Shown piece after piece: positions 40,033 through 53,971 of a stretch of 64,000 nucleotides of DNA; the stretch's first letter is position 1, and each line of letters opens with the position of its first letter. The notes below the pieces were generated by a model. The model made no database searches and was not told where the DNA came from. It was given only the letters and a program-made list of their open reading frames with translations. The position numbers and the translations under genes were made by a program. The DNA is taken from contig CAVSCA010000001.1 in the NCBI GenBank assembly GCA_963726325.1, positions 50,507 through 114,506 on the forward strand, in the 5' to 3' direction. Source of the DNA: an uncultured Actinomycetes bacterium. GTDB taxonomy: Bacteria; Actinomycetota; Coriobacteriia; Anaerosomatales; PHET01.

Positions 40033-40851
40033 ATGAATCGTGTGCCGATATCGATACACGTGGTCTCCGACTCGCTCGGCGAGACGGGCGAGATGGTCGC
40101 GAGGGCGGCGGCGGGGCAGTTCGAGAGCGATGCGTTCCGAATCGAGCGGTTGCTCAAGATCAGGACTCCGGAGCAGTTGCGTGCCGAGGTCAAGGCGCAC
40201 TGCGGCGAGTACTGTCTGTTCTTCTACACGCTGGTGGACCAAGCGCTTTGCGACGAGATGAAGCAGCTGTGCACCGAGGGCGCGAACGGCGTGGACCTGC
40301 TCAGTCCGGCCGTACGGCTGCTCGAGGAGGTCACCGGCTACCGTCCCACCGGCGAGGCGGGCGCCATTCGCCGGACCGACGAGGACTACTTCGAGCGTAT
40401 CGAGGCGATGGAGTTCTCGGTCAAGCACGACGACGGGCGCAACCCCGAGGGGCTTGCCGAGGCCGACGTCGTGCTCATCGGCGTGTCGAGGACGAGCAAG
40501 ACGCCGCTATCCATGTATCTGGCCTTCAAGGGAATCCGAGTGGCGAACATCCCGCTCGCTCCCGGTTCTCCGCCTCCCGATGAGCTGTTCGAGGTCGACC
40601 GGCGCAAGGTGTTCGGGCTGGTGACCGACGCCGAGGTGCTCCTTGCGATCAGGAAGGAGCGCATGCGCGAGCTCGGCATGTGGGTCCCGCGCTATGCGGA
40701 GCGCGAGGCGATCGAGGCGGAGCTCGAAGAGGCCCGCGCTCTGATGAGGCGTATCGGGTGTCTGGTGGTGCACACCGACAACCGAGCCGTGGAAGAAGCG
40801 GCGCAGGAGATACTGCGCCATGTCAACGCAGCGGTCGTCACGAAGGACTGA
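40033..40851 (+). CDS. Pyruvate phosphate dikinase regulatory protein (PDRP/DUF299)
   Basis: 'SDSLGETG', 'YFERIEAMEFSVKHDDG', 'GVSRTSKTPLSMYLA'. Confidence 0.93.
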   Translation: MNRVPISIHVVSDSLGETGEMVARAAAGQFESDAFRIERLLKIRTPEQLRAEVKAHCGEYCLFFYTLVDQALCDEMKQLCTEGANGVDLLSPAVRLLEEVTGYRPTGEAGAIRRTDEDYFERIEAMEFSVKHDDGRNPEGLAEADVVLIGVSRTSKTPLSMYLAFKGIRVANIPLAPGSPPPDELFEVDRRKVFGLVTDAEVLLAIRKERMRELGMWVPRYAEREAIEAELEEARALMRRIGCLVVHTDNRAVEEAAQEILRHVNAAVVTKD

Positions 40852-40937
40852 GCCGTCGACCGGCATGCACTGGGAGCACGACTTCGGTACGGTATGATGC
40901 GATTCGCTTTGGTTCCCCGGACGTGAGGGAGAGAGAG

Positions 40938-43666
<2,729 letters not shown>

Positions 43667-43673
43667 GTGACCG

Positions 43674-43700
43674 CGAGGCCCGGCTGTCGGCCGGGCCTCG
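43674..43700 (+). terminator. Hairpin after ppdK
   Basis: CGAGGCCCGGC / GCCGGGCCTCG stem. Confidence 0.55.
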
Positions 43701-43717
43701 TTGGTGCAGGGGGCGAT

Positions 43718-44055
43718 GTGAAGGGCACCAGGCTGTGGAACCAACCGCGCTCGCCCCTGATCCAGGGGCGGTCCCGCCGCGAGCGGCCGTTTTGGGCCGA
43801 CTGGCTCGCCGCCGTGAGCGTGGGTGTCGTGGTGGGCGCCGTGGTCGCGGGCACGCTGCTGGCGCCTGCCGGCGTGACGCTTCTGACGCGCCGTGACATC
43901 GGCTGCTGCGTCGTATCGTTCTCGGCGCGGCCGTGGGCGCCGCGGGGGGAGTCTGGGTGGCGTCCGGTTTCGGCTGGCACCCTCGTTGGGTTTCCGGCGC
44001 GATCGCATCCGGGATTCTTGCCGTGGTCGCCACCTGGGTGCTGAACGCGCTCTAG
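43718..44055 (+). CDS. Hypothetical small membrane protein (about 110 aa, frameshifted)
   Basis: GTG after AGGGGG. N-part '[10 protein letters not shown]...[18 protein letters not shown]' joins an alternative frame '[16 protein letters not shown]...[13 protein letters not shown]'. Confidence 0.55.
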
Positions 44056-44116
44056 ACGCCGTGCAGACGCCCGAGGGAGTCCGCGCTGTGAGATACGAGT
44101 TCACGTGGATGGGGCG

Positions 44117-45162
44117 ATGACCCAACCGAGTGTGATGACGCGAGTCGAGACCCAAGCCGACGAGCACCGCCGGCTGCAGTCCCGGGCGGCTTTCGCTGAC
44201 GAGAGCCGCGGACGCGAGCGCCCGCTCGACGAGGACGTCTACCGGACGTGCTTCCAGCGAGACCGGGACCGCATCATCCACTGCAAGGCGTTTCGGCGGC
44301 TCTCGCACAAGACGCAGGTGTTCCTTGCGCCGGAGGGCGACCACTATCGCACGCGCCTCACGCACACGCTCGAGGTCTCGCAGATCGCACGCTCGATCGC
44401 GCGAGCGCTGCGCCTCAACGAGGACCTCACCGAAGCGATATCGCTCGGGCACGACCTGGGCCATACGCCGTTCGGCCATACGGGCGAGGATGCGCTCAAC
44501 GATGCGCTCGCCGGTCTCAGCGGGACGCACCCCGGGGCGCCGGAGCGGTTCAGGCACAATCGGCAGTCGCTGCGGATCGTCGAGCACCTCGAGTACGAAG
44601 GGAAGGGCCTCAACCTGACGTGGGAGGTCCGCGACGGCATCCTCGGACACACCGGGAGCCACCTGCCTGAGACGCTCGAGGGCCAGATCGTGCGCATCGC
44701 GGACCGCATCGCCTACGTGAACCACGACATAGACGACGCCATCAGAGGGGGCGTCATCACCGAGGCGGCGCTTCCCGCGGCGGCGTGCGAGGTGCTCGGT
44801 CACAACCACGGGGCCAGGATCAAGACGATGGTCGACGACATGATCGCGACAAGCTGCGGACGCGGACACGATTCGCATGTCGCCGAGCGTGTGGGACGCG
44901 ATGATGCAGCTGCGCCAGTACCTGTTCGACACCGTCTACTTCTCGGACAGGGCCAAGGCCGAGGAACCCAAGGCGTACCGCGTCGTCCAGGCGCTGTTCG
45001 AGCACTACCTGGAGCACCCGGAGGACCTGCCCGAGGACGCGTGCCCGAGCGACGAGACGCAGCTGGTGTGGTGCGTGATCGACTACGTCGCAGGGATGAC
45101 CGACCGCTTCGCCATTCGCGAGTTCGAGCGCCTGTTCGTGCCCGAAGAAATGGCTTGTATGA
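44117..45162 (+). CDS. dgt: dGTP triphosphohydrolase-like protein (frameshifted)
   Basis: '[18 protein letters not shown]', '[10 protein letters not shown]', '[13 protein letters not shown]', '[11 protein letters not shown]'. Confidence 0.93.
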
Positions 45163-45289
45163 CAGGCGCGTTTCGTATGCGATACTTATGCGCCAAGAGC
45201 GCCAGGGAGGGGCTCCGTATCCGTATCGTTGGAACTGCCGCACAGCGGTGCGGCGTTCGGCGTGTGCACAGCGCGGAAGGAGAGGGTGA

Positions 45290-47467
45290 ATGAACCCGGC
45301 AGTAGCGTGGCTTGCGCCTCTAGCGGCCATCGTGGGCCTCGGAGTCGCGGCGTTCCTCGGCACTTGGGTGCTGAAGCAGGACCCGGGCAACGACAAGATG
45401 CAGGAGATCTCGAAGGCGACTCAAGAGGGCGCGATGGCGTTCCTGAAGGCCGAGTGGCGGGTTCTGATACGTCTTCTGCGCTCGGCGTCTTCGTGGCTGA
45501 TGACGTTCTCGATGGGCGCAGGCGACCTCACGAAGGGCGTGATGACCGGCCTCGCCTTCCTCACGGGCGGCTTCCTCTCGGCGCTCGCCGGCTACGTGGG
45601 CATGTACGTCGCCACGCGCGCCAATACCCGTACCGCGCAGGCGGCGACCACGGGCATCGCCAAGGCGCCTCAACGTGGCGTTTCGGTCTGGTCTGACCAT
45701 GGGCCTGACGGTCGCGTCGTTCGGCGTTCTTCGGTCTGTCGCTGTGGACCATCTTCCTGATCATCAACGGCGACCACGCCGCAGCCCGAGATCGTCAACG
45801 GCTTCGCGCTGGGCGCCTCCTCGATCGCGCTGTTCGCGCGTGTCGGCGGCGGCATCTACACGAAGGCCGCCGACGTCGGCGCCGACCTCGTGGGCAAGGT
45901 CGAGGCGGGTATTCCCGAGGACGATCCCCGCAACCCGGCTGTCATCGCCGACAACGTGGGCGACAACGTGGGCGACGTCGCCGGCATGGGCGCGGACCTG
46001 TTCGAGAGCTACGTCGGGCTCGATCCTCGCGCCGATCGTTCTGGCGCTCGCGCTGTGGGGCGGCATCACGCGTTCAGAAGCTGACCGTACTCAAGGTTCC
46101 CGGTGGGACGGCGGTGCTGCAGAAGATCGTCGAGGTTTCTCCGAAGGACCTGACGTTCGGCGTGGTCGATGCCGCTGCTCATCGCCGGTGCTGGGCATCA
46201 TCGCCTCGATCATCGGCCTGTTCGCGGTTCGCGCCAAAGAGGGCAGCAACCTTCACACGGCGCTCAACATCGGCACCTACGTGGCCGCGGGTCTTGAAGT
46301 GGTCGCGATGGCCGGCCTGTTCTACTGGTGGAGCCAAGGCGTGGGCGACATGTCGCGCATGTGGTACTTCGGCTCGGTCGTGCTGGGTCTGGTCGCCGGT
46401 ATCGCTATCGGTCAGATCACCGAGTACTACTGCTCGGATCACTTCAAGCCGGTCAAGGGCATCGCTCAGGCATCCGAGACCGGTGCTGCGACCAACATCA
46501 TCAACGGGCTGGGCGTCGGCATGATCTCGACGGTCGGCCCGATCCTCGTGGTCTCCGCGGCGATCTGGGGCTCCTACTACATGGGCAACCTCGCCGTGCC
46601 GTGGAGCGCACGTCGGGCATCTACGGCATCGCGCTGGCCGCGCTCGGCATGCTTTCGATCACGGCGATCACCGTCGGCGTCGATGCGTACGGTCCGGTCG
46701 CCGACAACGCGGGCGGAATCGCCGAGATGGCGCACATGGACCCCAGCATCCGCAAGATCACCGACTCGCTCGACTCGGTGGGCAACACCACCGCTGCCAT
46801 CGCCAAGGGCTTCGCGATCGGTTCGGCGGGCCTGACCGCTCTTGCGCTGTTCACCGCCTTCCGGACGACGATCGCCGCCGGCGGCATCACGCTCGACCTC
46901 TCGCTTGAGAACCCGCACGTCGTCGTCGGCCTGTTCATCGGCGCGATGCTGCCGTTCCTGTTCGCCGCGCTCACCATGAACGCCGTTGGCCGCGCAGCGT
47001 TCGCGATGATCGGTGAGGTGCGCCGCCAGTTCAAGGAGATCCCGGGCCTGCTGGCCGGGGATCCCGAATGCGCGCGCCGACTACGCCGCAGTGCGTCGAC
47101 ATCGCCACCAAGGGCGCGCTCAGGGAGATGGTCGTTCCGGGCGTGCTGGCCGTGGCGATACCGATCGGGCTCGGCATCCTCAACCTCGAGATCCTCGGAG
47201 GGTTCCTCGCTGGCGCCGTCGTCTCGGGCTTCCTGCTCGCCATCATGATGGCCAACGCGGGCGGCGCGTGGGACAACGCCAAGAAGTACATCGAGGGCGG
47301 CGCGCATCGGCGGCAAGGGCTCCGATGCTCACAAGGCCGCCGTCGTCGGCGACACCGTGGGCGACCCGTTCAAGGACACCTCCGGTCCCGCGATGAACAT
47401 CCTGATCAAGCTCATGACCGTCGTATCGCTGGTGTTCGCTCCGCTGTTCTTGAGGATTCACGGCTAG
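45290..47467 (+). CDS. hppA: Membrane-bound pyrophosphatase, K+-dependent, probably Na+-translocating (many frameshifts)
   Basis: '[20 protein letters not shown]', '[12 protein letters not shown]', 'GNTTAA', 'GGAWDNAKK', '[14 protein letters not shown]'. Confidence 0.93.
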
Positions 47468-47518
47468 ATCATCTCGGCCGCGCGTAGCGCGGTCTGGCCG
47501 AGAATGGGTAGTACCGCT

Positions 47519-47545
47519 AGGCGGGGGCCACTTCGGCCCCCGCCT
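47519..47545 (+). terminator. Hairpin between hppA and dnaG
   Basis: AGGCGGGGGCC / GGCCCCCGCCT 11-bp stem; a second stem lies at 47472-47503. Confidence 0.5.
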
Positions 47546-47570
47546 CACGCGCTTCTCAGGGGAGGGTCGG

Positions 47571-49393
47571 TTGGGTCGCATCACAGATGAAGACGTGGCG
47601 CGAGTCCGCGATGCGACAGACCTCGTGGCGCTCATCAACGAGCGAGTCCTGCTCAAGCCGAAGGGCCGCCTGTTCTGGGGGCTGTGCCCCTTCCACGGCG
47701 AGAAGACGCCCTCCTTCAAGGTCGATCCGGCCACTCAGCTGTGGCACTGCTTCGGTTGCGGACTCGGAGGCGACGCATTCGGGTTCGTGATGAAGATCGA
47801 CAACGTGGAGTTCCCGGATGCGGTTCGGCTGCTTGCGGATCGGGCCAACATCGAGCTGCACGAGGCCGAGGGCGGAGTGCCCCGGGGCAAGAAGGAGCGC
47901 CTCTACGCCGCGCTGGAGACGGCCACCGAGTACTACCATCGGGTGCTGACCGGATCGCGCGACTCGGCTCCCGCTCAGGCGAGGGAGTACCTGGCGAAGC
48001 GCGGCTTCACGAGCGAGGTCGCCAAGACCTGGCGGCTCGGCTTCTCGCCGGGGCGCGGCGCGCTCGTGAAGCACCTGTCCGAGCGCGGGTTCACCGTCGA
48101 GGAGATGGTCGAGGCGAACCTGGCGCTGCGGCCCGACGCCGGCCCGGCGAAAGACCGATTCTACGGGCGCATCATGTTCCCGATCGCGGACCTGCAGGGG
48201 CGTGTGGTGGCGTTCGGCGGGAGAGTCCTGGACAAGGGCGAACCCAAGTACCTGAACACGAACGACACGCCCGTCTTCCGCAAGTCGGCGAACATGTACG
48301 GGATCGACCGAGCCAAAGGCTCGATGACCTCGACCGGAACGAGCGTGGTGGTCGAAGGCTACACCGACGTCATCGCGCTGCACGAGGCCGGGCTCACGAA
48401 CGCCGTTGCCACGCTCGGCACCGCGCTGACCCAGCAGCACGTGAAGCTGCTGGGAAGGTTCTCTCGGCGGGTCGTCTACCTGTTCGACGGCGACGAGGCG
48501 GGGATGCGTGCGGCGGACCGGGCCGTGGAGTTCGTCGACAGGGATGTCACAACCGATGCGTACGCGTCGCGCGTGCTCCTCGACGTCGCCATGATCCCCG
48601 AGGGCAAGGACCCCGCGGACTTCGTCGGAGTCGCACGGCGGGGAGGCCACGCGCAAGGTCATCGACGATGCCGTTCCGCTGCTGAGGTTCGCCATCGATC
48701 GCCGTCTTGCGCGATGGGATCTCGAGCGGCCCGAAGAGCGAGAGCGAGCGTTGCGGGATGCGGTCGAGGTGCTGGCGCCGATCAAGGATACCGAGACGGG
48801 CAGGGAGTACGCCGCCTACGTTGCGGGGCAGCTGTTCACCGAGCCGCGCATCGTGTTCGCCCGGCTCGCCGAGGCCCGGCCGGTGCAAGCCGGGCGGCGG
48901 GAGCCGCAGGCCGAGCAGGCCGACAGCGCGGGCGGGTCTGAACCTGTCGCTTCGAACCAGAGTCGAGCGTGATGTGCTTGCGCTGCTGGTAAGTACACCC
49001 AGATTGCGGTCCAGGGCACGGGAGTTGCTTGCATCAGACACCTTGGCTGACGAGCAGCATCGCCGTATCGCCTCGATCGTCGCGGAGGCGGGCGAGGCCG
49101 TTTCGCCCGGCGATCTCATGGGTCAGCTTGAGGAACGTGTGCCTGGGTCCGCTGAACTGCTCTCATCTGCGGTCATGCAGCAGGAAGAGGATGCTGACGC
49201 GGATGCGCTTGCCGACGACCTCACTCGTCGCCTCAAGGAGTTGGAGCTTGAGCGGCGAATAGCCGTTGGGAAGGCCAAACTCAAAGCGCCGGAGACGCTT
49301 CAGGAACCCGGCGAGTACGACCGGCTGTTTGTGGAGACATCATCGCTGCAGCGCGAGTTGGACGCCCTGCGGCGTTCGAGCAGCGAAGCCTAG
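47571..49393 (+). CDS. dnaG: DNA primase (frameshifts near 48630 and 48930)
   Basis: Zn finger 'CPFHGEKTPSF..HCFGC', 'KYLNT', Toprim 'VEGYTD..FDGDEAG..KDPAD'. Confidence 0.96.
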
Positions 49394-49417
49394 CAGCCCT
49401 ACCGACCGAGGAGAAGC

Positions 49418-50883
49418 GTGGCCAAAGAGACGAAGTCGAAAGCAGTCGCGGCGGCTGACGCCGTGGCTGAGGCGGAGAAGAAGACCGCTCCAAAGCCCGC
49501 AAGGGCGAAGAAGACAGCGGGCGAGACCTGCTCCACGCGCGCGAGAAGAAGTCGCCGAAGAGCAAGGCCGAGATGGCGGCCGACACTCCGGCTGAGTTGG
49601 CGCTGCCCGAGATCGAGATGCTCGTGAAGATGGGGAAGTCCAAGGGCAACCTCACCGACGAGGAGATACAGGGCGCGCTGTCCGACGTGGACCTGCAAGA
49701 GGACCAGTTCGAGCGCGTCTACTCGCATTTCAAGGCGGCAGGGATCGAGATCGTCGAGGACCCGTCGCACATTCTCGATCCGGACGCCGTTGCCGACACC
49801 GTCGCGGATGCCGAGCCCGCTGACGCGGTGATGGAGATCGACGAGGACGCTGACGCGCAGGCCGAGGTCGCCGTTGTCGACATCGTGCTGCCCAAGGTCG
49901 CGCCCAAGGCCGGCAAGAAGAAGCCCAAGAAGCGCGCCTCGGACACATCACACCTGGCGCCGCTGACCGGTGACCCTGTCCGGATGTACCTCAAGGAGAT
50001 CGGCAAGGTCCCGCTGCTCACCGCCGCTCAGGAGATCGACCTCGCGATGAAGATCGAGGCGGGTCTCGAGGCCGCCGACAGGCTCGAGCAGGCCGAGGAT
50101 CTCGGCGCCGATCTCGACCGTGCCGAGAAGCGGCGACTGAACCGCATCGAGCAGGTCGGGCTGGACGCCAAGCAGCAGCTGGTCGAGGCGAACCTGCGCC
50201 TCGTGGTCTCGATCGCGAAGCGCTACGTGGGCCGCGGGATGCTCTTCCTCGATCTCATCCAGGAGGGCAACCTCGGGCTGATCCGTGCCGTCGAGAAGTT
50301 CGACTACACCAAGGGCTTCAAGTTCTCGACGTACGCGACGTGGTGGATCCGCCAGGCGATCACCCGCGCGATCGCCGATCAGGCGCGTACGATCCGCATT
50401 CCCGTGCACATGGTTGAGACGATCAACAAGCTGATCCGTATCCAGCGGCAGCTTCTTCAGGAGCTGGGCCGAGAGCCCACTCCCGAGGAGATCGGCGAGA
50501 AGATGGAGATGACCGCCGAGCGCGTCCGGGAGATCCTCAAGATCAGCCAGGAGCCGGTGAGTCTCGAGACGCCCATCGGCGAAGAAGAGGACAGCCAGCT
50601 CGGGGACTTCATCGAGGACGGCGAAGCGGTCGTGCCGCCGGACGCGGCGAGCTTCTCGATGCTGCAAGAGCAGCTCTCGAAGGTGCTCGACGGGCTGTCC
50701 GAGCGCGAGCGCAAGGTGATCGAGCTTCGCTTCGGACTGGTGGACGGGCATCCTCGGACGCTCGAGGAGGTCGGCCGGGAGTTCGGAGTCACCCGCGAGC
50801 GCATCCGGCAGATCGAGAGCAAGACGCTGTGCAAACTGCGTCACCCGAGCCGCTCGAGCAGGTTGCGCGACTATCTGGAGTAG
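49418..50883 (+). CDS. rpoD: Primary sigma factor RpoD/SigA (frameshift near 49535)
   Basis: '[11 protein letters not shown]', '[12 protein letters not shown]', '[14 protein letters not shown]', 'TRERIRQIE'. Confidence 0.97.
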
Positions 50884-50908
50884 CGGGCGGCGCATGAGTC
50901 GACAACGA

Positions 50909-50936
50909 CGAAGGCCCCGCAGCTGCGGGGCCTTCG
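50909..50936. terminator. Bidirectional terminator between rpoD and tRNA-Asn
   Basis: Perfect 28-bp palindrome CGAAGGCCCCGCAG-CTGCGGGGCCTTCG between convergent genes. Confidence 0.7.
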
Positions 50937-50945
50937 GTGTGTGCT

Positions 50946-51021
<76 letters not shown>

Positions 51022-51049
51022 GTCTGGAGCGCTCAAGGCGCGAATCGGA

Positions 51050-51079
51050 AGTATACGCAAGGCGGAGCGGGGTTTGCAA
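51050..51079 (-). promoter_or_regulatory. Sigma70-type promoter of tRNA-Asn
   Basis: Minus strand TTGCAA-18 nt-TATACT. Confidence 0.6.
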
Positions 51080-51141
51080 GAAGCCCGGAAGGGTGCGGTG
51101 CGACCGGGGCATTGCGCTATCATTCACTGGATGTGACCCCG

Positions 51142-51216
51142 GGGCCCGTAGCTCAATGGTGGAGCAGGGGACTCATAATCCCTTGGTTGCAGGTTCGAAT
51201 CCTGCCGGGCCCACCA
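51142..51216 (+). tRNA. tRNA with CAT anticodon, probably tRNA-Ile2 (lysidine)
   Basis: GGGCCCG/CGGGCCC acceptor, loop CTCATAA, encoded CCA. The 1:72 pair is matched, so it is not an initiator; Ile2 versus elongator Met is inferred from the acceptor stem. Confidence 0.9.
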
Positions 51217-51228
51217 CGGGAGGTGTTG

Positions 51229-52339
51229 GTGAGCAGCGAGTCTGAGTCCCGAGGAGTGCGTCGCCCACGACTGCGTCGCCGAGCGGCCACGCCCGGCGCG
51301 CTTGCTCGGTGTCGCGGCGATAGCCCTGGTCGGCGTCGCGGCCATCGCTCTCGGGTCATGGGCGCTCTCGGCCACGGGTGACCCCGGGAAGCCGGCTCAG
51401 CGCGTGGTCGCGGCGCCCTGCGGTCGAGCCGACAGCCACCGTCACGCCGGGCATGGTCGAGGTTCCGGCGCTCACGGGACTGAGCCTGGAAGAAGCCGAG
51501 ACCGTGCTCGCCGCCGCGGGCATGGCCGTGCAGGTTCGCTCCGAGGACCCGAACGCCTCGGGCGGCGTGGACACGGTGGTGGATCAGGAGCCCGAGGCCG
51601 GAGTGCTCGCCGACGCGGCGACCACCGTGGTGCGTGGTGGTGCGTTCGTCTGCCCCGACTGCCACGCCGTCGAACGACACCGAAGAAGCGTGAGCCGAAG
51701 CGGCCCGCGTATGTCGTGGTCATCGATCCCGGACACCAGGCACGATCCAACTCGGCACCTGAGCCGATAGGCCCGGGTGCGAAGGAGGTCAAGCCGAAGG
51801 TCTCCGGCGGTGCCACGGGCGTGAAGACGCGCATACCTGAGTACGAGATCGTGCTTCAGATCTCCATGAACCTCAAGAAGCGACTCGAGGCGCAGGGCGT
51901 CAAGGTCGTGATGACGCGGAGCACCAACGACGTGAACCTCTCCAACTCGGAGCGGGCCGATATCGCCAACAGGGCGAAGGCCGACCTGTTCGTGAGAGTG
52001 CACGGGGACGGGAGCCCCGACTCCAAGACCGCGGGGATCTCCACACTCTACCCGGGGAAGAACCGATGGACGAAGGCGATCACGGCACAGTCGAAGCAGG
52101 CTGCCAGGATGGTCCAGGCAGCGGCGATCGGTGCGACCGGAGCGGTCGACCGGGGGATCGTTGCCAGACAGGATCTCTCGGGGTTCAACTACGCGAAGGT
52201 CCCGTCGATCCTTGTTGAGACCGGCTTCTTGTCCAACTCGGTCGAGGACCGCCTCTTGTCCAGTCCGCACTACCAGGACAAGGTCGCGCAGGGCATGGCC
52301 GCCGGGATCATGGAGTATCTGGAAGGGTCGGGACGCTGA
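51229..52339 (+). CDS. Membrane-anchored N-acetylmuramoyl-L-alanine amidase with PASTA domain (frameshifted)
   Basis: TM helix, 'VEVPALTGLSLEEAETVL...VVDQEPEAG' (PASTA), Amidase_3 motifs 'VIDPGH', 'VRVH', 'LVETGFLSN'. Confidence 0.88.
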
Positions 52340-53029
52340 TGAGCGGCGCCGCCAAGGCGGCCATCGCGGGTGGGGTCGTCGCCGTTGTGTTGGCGGTCGG
52401 TGCGATTGCTGCACTCATGACGGGTATCGTGGCACTTCCAACGAGCAGTTCAGCGCCCGCCAAGGTGGTCGTGATCGCGACGGCTCCGGCCGAGGACGGG
52501 TCGGAGTTCGCGCCGCTCGCCTACATGGCGGACCCGGCGACCGGGCAGGTCACGCTGCTGGACAATCTCGAAGACGCTACGGTGTCGGGCACGAGTGCCA
52601 AGACCGCGGCGGAGGCCCTGGCTTTCGGCGGCGGTGCCGCCGTGGCGAGCGCGCTCAAGGCCCAGACCGGCGGTGAGGCCCTGGATTGGATTCTGATTCC
52701 TTCCGCAGCAGTGGGCGCGCCTCGTCGACCAGGCCGGGGGCGTGACCGTCGATGTCCCGGTGGGCGTCAGCGCGTACGGGAACGGCCAGCTGACACTGCT
52801 CGCGCCCGGACGCAAGGAGCTCACAGGCGCGCAAGCCGTGGCGCTCGCCACGGCGATTCGCTACGCGGGGACTCCCGAGCAACAGCGGGAGGTACTGCGG
52901 CAGCTGACCGCGGGTGTCTCGGCGATCGCAGGGGCGCGCGGATCCACGCTTCGCGACCTGGTCGGGCAGTCGAAGGCGAGTAGCTCGCTGCCGGCCGAGC
53001 AGATACCCGCGCTCTCTTCCGTGCAGTGA
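52339..53029 (+). CDS. Degenerate LCP (LytR-CpsA-Psr)-like protein (frameshift near 52708)
   Basis: TM helix, 'AEALAFGG', 'LVDQAGGVTVDVP', 'GRKELTGAQAVAL' resemble the LCP core. Confidence 0.65.
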
Positions 53030-53164
53030 CGGGCGTCACATCCTCATGCTGCGCCGGACGGCATGCCGATACCTCAATCGGGCCGTCTTTCCGAGCGGCT
53101 ATACTGTCGCCGTGTTCGCGGGTGCGACCTGCGATGTTCGGTGGATTCGGGAGTGTGATACGCG

Positions 53165-53933
53165 TTGGCTAGGAGCCGAGGGACGCACAAGCGGTGGCCG
53201 GTGATCGTCGCGGGCGGCGTGGTCGTTCTCGCTGCCGTGGCGTTCGCTGCGGCCTTCTACTTCCTCGATGGGATGTCGCTCGCACAGGACCTGGTCGGGC
53301 GAGTGATGTCGGCCTCGTCGAAGGCGACGCCGGCACCCGGGCCCGCAACCGCTGCCGACGCGCTCGAGCTCCCCAAGGGAATGCCCAACGCCTTCGCCTT
53401 GGGTGTGTGGGAGGAACAGATCGACTCGCAGTCGATCATCATGCAGATGATCGAAGGCGAGGTGGCGTCTCTGGCCGTGGAGCGCGTGGTGGTTGACGGG
53501 AACAAGGCCACAGTCTATGCCGATGTGACGTTCGCCAACGGCGCGACTGCTCCGGGCACCATCGGGCTGCGCAAGTACGGCGACGTCTGGTACGTCGGCT
53601 ACATCAGCTCCCGCACCACGGCGGATGTCGCCGGTGGCGAGAAGCGGGACGTTGCGAAGCTGGCCGACGTCGACGCCCTGCTGCTGCAAACGGTCATCGC
53701 CGAGCAGGCCAAGGCGACCGAGGTGACCAACGGGCTGGTCGGCGGCGAGATCAAGTCGATCGGCTTCGGCAGCGCGCGTCCCGGGATCCAACTCCATGGT
53801 CATCCCGATGGAACTGATGTTCGGCGCCGAAAAGAGGTACGCTGATCTGGTAGCGATCCAGACCCAGGTCGACGGGGACGACATGTGGTTCATCGCGCGA
53901 TTCGACGAGACCGGCTCAAGCACGGACGACTAG
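53165..53933 (+). CDS. Hypothetical membrane-anchored protein with two similar domains (frameshift near 53785)
   Basis: Basic N-terminus, TM helix, extracellular part ending 'DDMWFIARFDETGSSTDD*' in the shifted frame. Confidence 0.65.
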
Positions 53934-53971
53934 TTCGCCCAGTCCCCTTGTAAGAAGGGTGCCAGCAGGCC

